DNA from: Octopus vulgaris | Lineage: Eukaryota | Assembly (NCBI GenBank): GCA_951406725.2 | Contig: OX597815.1 | Span: 193,502,001-193,566,000 of the forward strand | Length of the DNA: 64,000 bases | Reading direction: 5' to 3' | Shown here: positions 56,971 to 64,000 of the stretch, piece after piece | Layout of the letters: each line of letters opens with the position of its first letter | Numbering within the stretch: the stretch's first letter is position 1 | Translations under genes and position numbers: made by a program | The notes under the pieces: model-generated | Seen by the model: the letters and a program-made list of their open reading frames with translations, nothing else | What the model was told of the DNA's origin: nothing | Databases searched by the model: none

Positions 56971-58677
56971 TTTTTGTCATGGTCGCACTGAATCATAAAA
57001 TCCCATAGGATCTTTGCATTATCATGTTCGATTATGTCTTCGGGTTTATCTTCGTACCAATTTTTTTGCTCTGTCTAGTCCATACTTGTTGCAAAGTGTC
57101 CAATGGACAATCCTTGCTATATTGTCAAGATGTCTCTTATATTCTTTCCGGGCTAGTGGCGTAAAGTGACTGGTAATATGCCACACAGTGTCACCATTTT
57201 GTCCATAAAATCTGCCCTTATCACTTTCTGTTGTGTTGTCTATTCTGTATTTGATGTAATTCGATCTTAATGCTTGCTCTTGGACAACACAGACTACAGC
57301 CCCCGTTTCGGGTTTTAAATCACTTTTAGTTATCCACGGCCATCTTTTTTCTCTGCCTGTCTTATCTTCAATATCCCTATGAAATTGTCCATGCATTCTT
57401 TTCTAAATCTACCTATTTTCAGTTTCATTCATTCTTAAGTGCTTCTCCAGTGCTTTATCTTTGCAATCTTCCATCCTACACAAGCCTAACATTCTTACTT
57501 CCAATAATAGTAGTTCTGTGGCATTTTTAAATACAATGCTTTGTTGTTTTTTCTGCTCTAATGCTGTGTTCGCATCCAATCAGTCCTCTTACCCCTCTTT
57601 TCCTGGGTACATACAGTCTGTCTATCTTACGTTTTGGGTGGAGTATCACATATCTAGTCAGCAACTTCCTTGTCTTTCTGTCTAAGCTGTTTAGTTCGTC
57701 TACTGTCCATGCGATTATCCCTGCTCCATATCTAACTAGTGAAACCACCCAGGTATTGATAGCATCAATCTTATTCCTTCCGTTTAATTTCAACTTTAAG
57801 ATCAGTTTCAGTCTGCGGAAGTACTCCACTTTAAATTTTTCTGTCATTTCTTCCTCCATCAATTTATCCATTTACAATATCCCCAAGTACTTATAACCCG
57901 TATTTTCTATCTGCTTCATGACCTCACCCAACTGTATCGCTAGCCCGTTCCTACATTTCATGTTGCCTCTCTTCAAGTCTAACACACCACACTTTTCAGT
58001 CAGTACTGATAACAATACTGAACGGATACACCGTATCAACGGCGGAATAGACTTGGAATTCATCTTTACATAAAGTTTGTAGTCATCCATGAATAACAAG
58101 TGGTTGACTTTTGTTGGCAGTTTTTGAATACATACCTAGACTTTGCTTTCCTCAGAATCGGCGTTAGTGGTATCATGCACAGTACAAAGATCAGTCGGGA
58201 TAGGCAGTCCCCTTGGAAGATGCCTCTCCTGATTTCTATTGTCCCTAAACTTCTTCCATATTCTGTCAGTTCTGTCCTCCACTTCGCCATAATTTCTCCA
58301 AGCAGTCACTCAACATTCGATGCAATACCAAATAGGATCATACATTATATAATGTAGGATCATATCGTACGCCTTACGATAATCGATCCAAGACATGGCT
58401 AAGTTAATTTTCCTCCTATTGCAATCTCTAAATACAGTTGTGTCAACCAGGAATTTATCCCTGGTACCTCTGCACTTACACTTGCAACCCTTCTGCTCAT
58501 GCATCAGGACTCCATTCTTTTCGGAATGTCCGTATATTGACTCTGCGATTATTCCAGTCAATAATTTCCACATAAGCGGCAAGCAGCATATCTGTCTGTA
58601 ATTGTCTACCGTATTGCCTTTTTTCGAAGTTTTTCAGAGCACAGCAGTGTCCTACTCATTGTCAACCACTATTGGTC
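56136..58677 (-). mobile_element. Two R4/Dong fragments (duplicates of 23935-24730 and 25205-26905)
   Basis: Same ORF fragments; ~427 bp containing the 3' end of the larger element is missing at 56977. Confidence 0.85.
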
Positions 58678-58796
58678 TGTTCATGATTGTATATCATTGA
58701 CTTGATGAAGATAACTAACTTGGAAGATTTTGTAGCCTTGATGCAAAACGAACGTAAGGGATTAGTACCTGTACACTCATCTATTAATATTCATTT

Positions 58797-58969
<173 letters not shown>

Positions 58970-59023
58970 CATATATACATATATACATATATATACATAT
59001 ACATATATATATATATATATATA

Positions 59024-59659
59024 CACGGGACGCCGGTTGTCAGACCGATTCGCCGAACATCTAAGGGATATTCGTCTACGGTCCTTTTCTCCCGTCGCAC
59101 GTCACTTCCGCTCGGCCAGCCATTCCCCCGATGACATCTCTGTGTTTGGATCTCGCCCCACACAACAGTCTTCCACAATCCAGGCTTCACTTGGAGCAAC
59201 GTTTCATCTTCACTCTACAAACCAATACCCCCTCACGGACTCAACACAGCCCCCTCCTCTTAGTGACTGCGTCCCACCTTTCTTTCTCCCCCCTTTTTTA
59301 ATCCTTATACAGAAACACACACACATATACTCATGTATCCACGTACACACCCTCCAACACACCTACTTCCAACACACCACACACATACAACCTACACGCA
59401 CCTATACACACACCCACATACACACACGCGCACGCACACATGCCCGTGCATCCACACCAACAAACAATACTCATACAGATACGCACACCTTTATAAACAT
59501 CTAGCAGAGACACACACACACATACACGCTCGTCACGCGCATGTACATTACGCCCACATAACTCCAGAAAAAACCCCACGCACACACGCATACATTCACA
59601 CCCACACCCACACATACATACGTACACAGACATACATACATACATTCACACATTCATTT

Positions 59660-59717
<58 letters not shown>

Positions 59718-59777
59718 ACATACACACATACATACACACACACACATACACACACACACACACATACACACACACAT

Positions 59778-59830
<53 letters not shown>

Positions 59831-59872
59831 TACACACACACACACATGCACACATACACGCATGCACATACA
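59024..59872 (+). mobile_element. Penelope GIY-YIG C-half and CA-rich tract (duplicate of 27260 onward)
   Basis: [11 protein letters not shown]...PVARHF; runs into the gap. Confidence 0.75.
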
Positions 59873-59972
59873 NNNNNNNNNNNNNNNNNNNNNNNNNNNN
59901 NNNNNNNNNNNNNNNNNNNNNNNNNNNNNNNNNNNNNNNNNNNNNNNNNNNNNNNNNNNNNNNNNNNNNNNN
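59873..59972. other. Assembly gap (100 N)
   Basis: Directly visible; true size unknown. Confidence 1.
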
Positions 59973-60050
59973 TTCCTCACAATCTCTTCATCTCTCCTCC
60001 CTTCTCCCTTTTTCCCTCACAGCTTCTCTCTCTCTCCCCGCTACAACGGA

Positions 60051-61002
60051 ATGGACAACATGCAAAAATTAGAGGTAAATGCAAACACTGGCGTCAACAA
60101 AAGCCAGCGTAACTGGACGAAAGTAGAGCTGGAAGTTTTCATCAGAGGATGGACCTCGGCCGACAGATCGCAACCAACTAAAAACATAGTGGCGACCCTG
60201 AAAAGCCATGGCTTTATGAGGACGTTGGCGCAGGTAGAGAGGAAGAAAAGAGAAGTTGAAAGGGCCTACACTCTCATTGCACCACACATGGCTTTGCTAA
60301 GCCAAGTCCTCAAGGTGGATAAAGACAAAGAGAGAGATGGAAACAGGAAACACCAACCACAGAGTGTCAAAAAATGACACACCCACAGCCACAGTCGAAG
60401 AAGGCAAGCAGGGCAAACAACAGATAGGCGGCGATGGGGAAACAGAAAATAACCAGCCGGATGAAAAGACCTATGCAGAAAGGAACCAGTGGACAACCGT
60501 CCAACGGAGGAAGAAAAAACAGAGAGGAACTGGGGACAAGAAAACCCAGATAACATGCAAATTCTTCCGGAATGGAACCTGCTGGCATGGAGAAACAGGG
60601 GAAGGATGCAGGTTCGCTCATCCCAGGCCCTATGGAAATTGCATCAAACCCACTCGACCAAAATGCCTTAACCAAAACCAAGACCGAAACCAAAACCAGA
60701 ACAAATTCAAGCTGCCCCAGAAATATGCAGACATAGTGCGGAATGCCCCAACAAGGAGAAGGCGCACATTTGCAGAGGAAATGCAGACGGCGGCAGCAGA
60801 ACAAAGAAATTTTGTGGAAATAGCAGAGAAAATTGTGGGACAACTGGCCTGGATACATCGTCTTCAGAGCCAGGGGCACTCACAACAGCACTCAAGACCA
60901 CCACAATCAAGGGACCCAGGGTGGCCACCGCTGACACCAGCCCAGGTGCCACACCGACAGCCTTTATTGACACCCCAAATATCTCACCAGTGCTTCTGCT
61001 GA
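60051..61002 (+). CDS. LINE ORF1 in two frames (60051-60377 Myb/SANT-like; 60337-61002 CCCH zinc finger)
   Basis: RNWTKVELEVFIRGW...HGFMRTLAQVERKKREVERAY and CKFFRNGTCWHGETGEGCRFAH; the frame switch falls at a (GA)n run near 60328-60337. Confidence 0.65.
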
Positions 61003-63944
61003 ATGTCAGAGGTCTGGTGAAACCCACTAATATGAGTAAAATTCCTTACCTTAGGGACTTAAGCACAAGCAACCATGCAATATGCATAGCGCTGACTGAA
61101 ACGCACCTGTCAAGCAGTATAGCAGATGCAGAAATACACGTACCAAAGTATACTGTTTTTCGGTCAGACAGGAAGGAAAGAACTCATGGTGGGGTTGCCC
61201 TGTACGTCCGTGAAGATGTCACACCCATAGTACTGTTGACACACTCAAACTCAGTCTGTGACACACTGATAGTACACATGAAACAACCGAAAATAGTAAT
61301 ATGTGTCACATATCGGCCACCAGACACCCCTAGTCATGAAGGAGTGTTTGAAGATAGCCTCAGAAGAATAGAAGAAGTCCTGGACAAACTGGACCAGGGT
61401 AACACCATTCTACTGCTGGGAGATTTTAACCTTCCGAAAGTCAAATGGCCAGATGGCCATCTCCTCCCTGGAATGACATCACTTGAACAGAGACAGACAG
61501 AGTCCTTGTTGGCTCTCACACGCAAGTTTTTCATGGAACAAGCAGTGCTTCGGCCAACAAGAGGTGAGAATGTCTTGGACCTCTGTTTCACAAGCAACCC
61601 GATGCTCATCCACAACATAATGGTAACACCTACAATTCTCTCAGATCACAACTTAGTAGAGGTAATGATATATGGTATGAGAGAGTTAGTTGAGACGCAG
61701 CCATTAGAAAATACCACAGGCCTATCCAGTCTAAACTTCCATAAGGCAAACTGGAAGAAGATCAACGAAGAGATCCGAAAACATGACTGGAGTGACTTCA
61801 TCACCACACAAGAGACCAACACACATTTCCAACATTTCATGACAACAATACAGAACATATGCCATAAGTTTGTCCCGGAGAAAAAAGCCAGCGGGCATAG
61901 GAACGTTATTCCCAGAGACAGGAAAATACTTATGAGGCGAAGAGCTAAGCTCTCGAAGCAACTGAATGCACGGCAGAGAAACAATGAGGGACTCCACCTG
62001 AAACTTTTTGAAACGGAAACTGCACTCAAACTTTCCTATGAGAAGGAGAGGGCAGAGAGAGAAGCCAGGGCCATAGAGAATATTAAAACAAACCCTAAAG
62101 CTTTCTTTAAATTTGCGAAAGAAACCACCTCGGTACACTGCAAGATTGGCCCACTCTTTGATAAAAAGGGCTCTCTAACTGAGGACCCCCAAGGGATAAG
62201 TGAAATACTAAAGGAACAGTATAAAAGTGTGTTCACATCCCCTCTGGGGCACATGCAAATCACAAACCCAGAAGTTTTCTTTGATGCCACAACACTCCAA
62301 AACCAAACAACAACCATCGACCACATAGACATAACAGAGAGGGATGTAATATCTGCCATAGAAGAAATGAGAATAAACTCAGCTGCTGGACCAGATGGAT
62401 TCCCAGCAGTCCTCCTAAAAACATGCAGGCATGCCCTAGCGGGACCACTGAAGATGCTCTTCAGTGGTTCCTTGGCTAACGGTAAACTGCCCAGGGCGCT
62501 AAAAGAAGGCACCATATGCCCTATCCACAAAGGAGGGAGTAGAGCAGAGGCCAAAAACTACAGGCCAGTCTCCCTGACGTCACACATAAGTAAGGTCATG
62601 GAACGAATCATCAGAAAAAAACTGATCACGTTCCTCGAAGAAACTAACCGTCTCACTGACACACAGCATGGCTTTCGCCCAGGAAGAAGCTGCCTTACGC
62701 AGCTGTTACAACACTACGACTGGGTACTGAAACAACTACTGGATCGCTCACAGGTGGATGTGGTATATCTCGACTTTGCGAAGGCCTTTGACAAAGTCGA
62801 CCACGGAGTGATATGTCACAAATTACTCAGACTCGGCATAACAGGAAAAGTAGGTGAGTGGATACATGACTTCCTGAAGGACAGAAGCCAGATGGTTGCA
62901 GCCAATGGAGCCCTCTCGGGAAAGACACCAATAGCAAGCGGGGTGCCACAGGGCACAGTCTTGGGACCCTTGCTGTTTTTGGTGGCGCTCTCTGACATGC
63001 CCTTGGTAGCACAAACAACATCCCTCACTAGCTATGCTGATGACACAAAGGTAGCACAGGCAATCAAAAACCCAGCTGATGCTGACCTTTTACAACAAGA
63101 TCTGGATGCCATATACAAATGGGCTGAAGACAACAACATGCAATTTAATGCTGGTAAATTTCAAGCCTTACAATATCAAGCTGTAAACACATATACATTA
63201 CAACACAACTATACTGGTCCAGGAGGGATCGAAATCCCAGTATCGAAATCAATACGGGACCTGGGGATAGACATGAGTGACGATGCATCTTTTTCTTCAC
63301 ACATCGCGAAGGTGGCGACAATGTGCAGACGACTCACTGGCTGGATCCTGAGGACATTCCGGACAAGAGACTGCGAGACCATGTTGACACTATGGAGGAC
63401 ATTTGTCCTAAGCCGCCTGGACTACTGCTCCCAACTGTGGTCACCGCATAGTGTCAAACTAACCACAGAGCTTGAGACAATCCAAAGACATTTCACCAAG
63501 AGGATTTCCACCATGAAAGAAAAGAACTATTGGGAGAGGCTTAGGGAACTCAATTTGTACTCCTTGGAACGAAGACGAGAGAGATATGCAGTGATATACA
63601 TATGGAAAATCCTGGAGGGACTAGCACCAAATTTTGGAATTGAGAGCTGTTCCAATCCCCGTACAGGACGTCACTGTGTGGTGCCAAAGGTCCCGTCTTC
63701 CACATCCAGGGTAAGGAGCAGATACTGTAATAGCCTGGGGTTCAGGGGCCCTCAGCTGTTCAACAAACTGCCAAGAAAACTAAGAGATCTACATGATGCG
63801 GATGTGGACATTTTCAAAAAACATCTAGACAAGCTGCTTTCCGGGATCCCAGATGAACCCACTGCAAGGTACGAAGGTAACCTAAGGGCAGCAGCTACAA
63901 ACTCTCTCTTAGATCAGTGGCCAGCCACGGCAAACTGGACTTAG
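60921..63944 (+). CDS. LINE ORF2: APE-like endonuclease plus reverse transcriptase, intact (1007 aa)
   Basis: EN motifs LLNVRG, LTETHL, HGGVALYV, YRPP, LGDFN, LDL, SDH; RT motifs GPDGF, YRPVSLTS, QHGFR, YLDFAKAFD, GVPQGTVLGP, YADD; C-terminal YSLERRRERY; no internal stops. Confidence 0.96.
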   Translation: MATADTSPGATPTAFIDTPNISPVLLLNVRGLVKPTNMSKIPYLRDLSTSNHAICIALTETHLSSSIADAEIHVPKYTVFRSDRKERTHGGVALYVREDVTPIVLLTHSNSVCDTLIVHMKQPKIVICVTYRPPDTPSHEGVFEDSLRRIEEVLDKLDQGNTILLLGDFNLPKVKWPDGHLLPGMTSLEQRQTESLLALTRKFFMEQAVLRPTRGENVLDLCFTSNPMLIHNIMVTPTILSDHNLVEVMIYGMRELVETQPLENTTGLSSLNFHKANWKKINEEIRKHDWSDFITTQETNTHFQHFMTTIQNICHKFVPEKKASGHRNVIPRDRKILMRRRAKLSKQLNARQRNNEGLHLKLFETETALKLSYEKERAEREARAIENIKTNPKAFFKFAKETTSVHCKIGPLFDKKGSLTEDPQGISEILKEQYKSVFTSPLGHMQITNPEVFFDATTLQNQTTTIDHIDITERDVISAIEEMRINSAAGPDGFPAVLLKTCRHALAGPLKMLFSGSLANGKLPRALKEGTICPIHKGGSRAEAKNYRPVSLTSHISKVMERIIRKKLITFLEETNRLTDTQHGFRPGRSCLTQLLQHYDWVLKQLLDRSQVDVVYLDFAKAFDKVDHGVICHKLLRLGITGKVGEWIHDFLKDRSQMVAANGALSGKTPIASGVPQGTVLGPLLFLVALSDMPLVAQTTSLTSYADDTKVAQAIKNPADADLLQQDLDAIYKWAEDNNMQFNAGKFQALQYQAVNTYTLQHNYTGPGGIEIPVSKSIRDLGIDMSDDASFSSHIAKVATMCRRLTGWILRTFRTRDCETMLTLWRTFVLSRLDYCSQLWSPHSVKLTTELETIQRHFTKRISTMKEKNYWERLRELNLYSLERRRERYAVIYIWKILEGLAPNFGIESCSNPRTGRHCVVPKVPSSTSRVRSRYCNSLGFRGPQLFNKLPRKLRDLHDADVDIFKKHLDKLLSGIPDEPTARYEGNLRAAATNSLLDQWPATANWT

Positions 63945-64000
63945 AGAGGGTAGCAACAAGGGCGGTGCCCCAGCATGGCCTCAGCCGGATGGCTGAAACA

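Larger units (their letters stand above)
59973..64000 (+). mobile_element. Near full-length CR1-clade LINE (third subfamily)
   Basis: Pyrimidine-rich 5' leader, ORF1 region, intact ORF2, 3' tail ggcggtgccccagcatggcctcagccggatggctgaaaca at 63961-64000. Confidence 0.95.

Noticed and set aside
61334-63028. Minus-strand ORFs within the LINE (and plus-strand ORFs such as 2402-2818)
   Set aside because: Antisense shadows of RT/EN coding sequence with no independent motifs.

Overview
Repeat-rich, AT-rich animal genomic DNA. The two tRNA-derived SINE families and the repeat mix match what I recognise from octopus (cephalopod) genomes; this attribution is an inference. Most of the window is a near-identical ~32.2-kb direct duplication (1-~27,900 recurs at 32,227-59,872, initial offset 32,226). 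A 100-N gap follows, then a near full-length CR1-clade LINE with an intact 1007-aa EN+RT ORF2. Each unit carries minus-strand exons of a proline-rich CD225/dispanin (IFITM/PRRT-like) membrane-protein gene that the ORF track does not assemble. One copy is intact (exons 23374-23636, 20582-20695, 17649-17816, plus a probable first exon at 46007-46016). The other has a CGA>TGA nonsense change and a 1-bp insertion in its last exon. The rest is CR1, Penelope (GIY-YIG), R4/Dong and Helitron elements, SINEs and long microsatellites. Several Penelope-type fragments in (TA)n tracts contain type I hammerhead ribozyme motifs, one fully canonical, and long perfect inverted repeats. In unit B three of these motifs lie in sense orientation inside the predicted first intron of the intact gene. 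All calls were made by eye; no database searches or folding programs were run.
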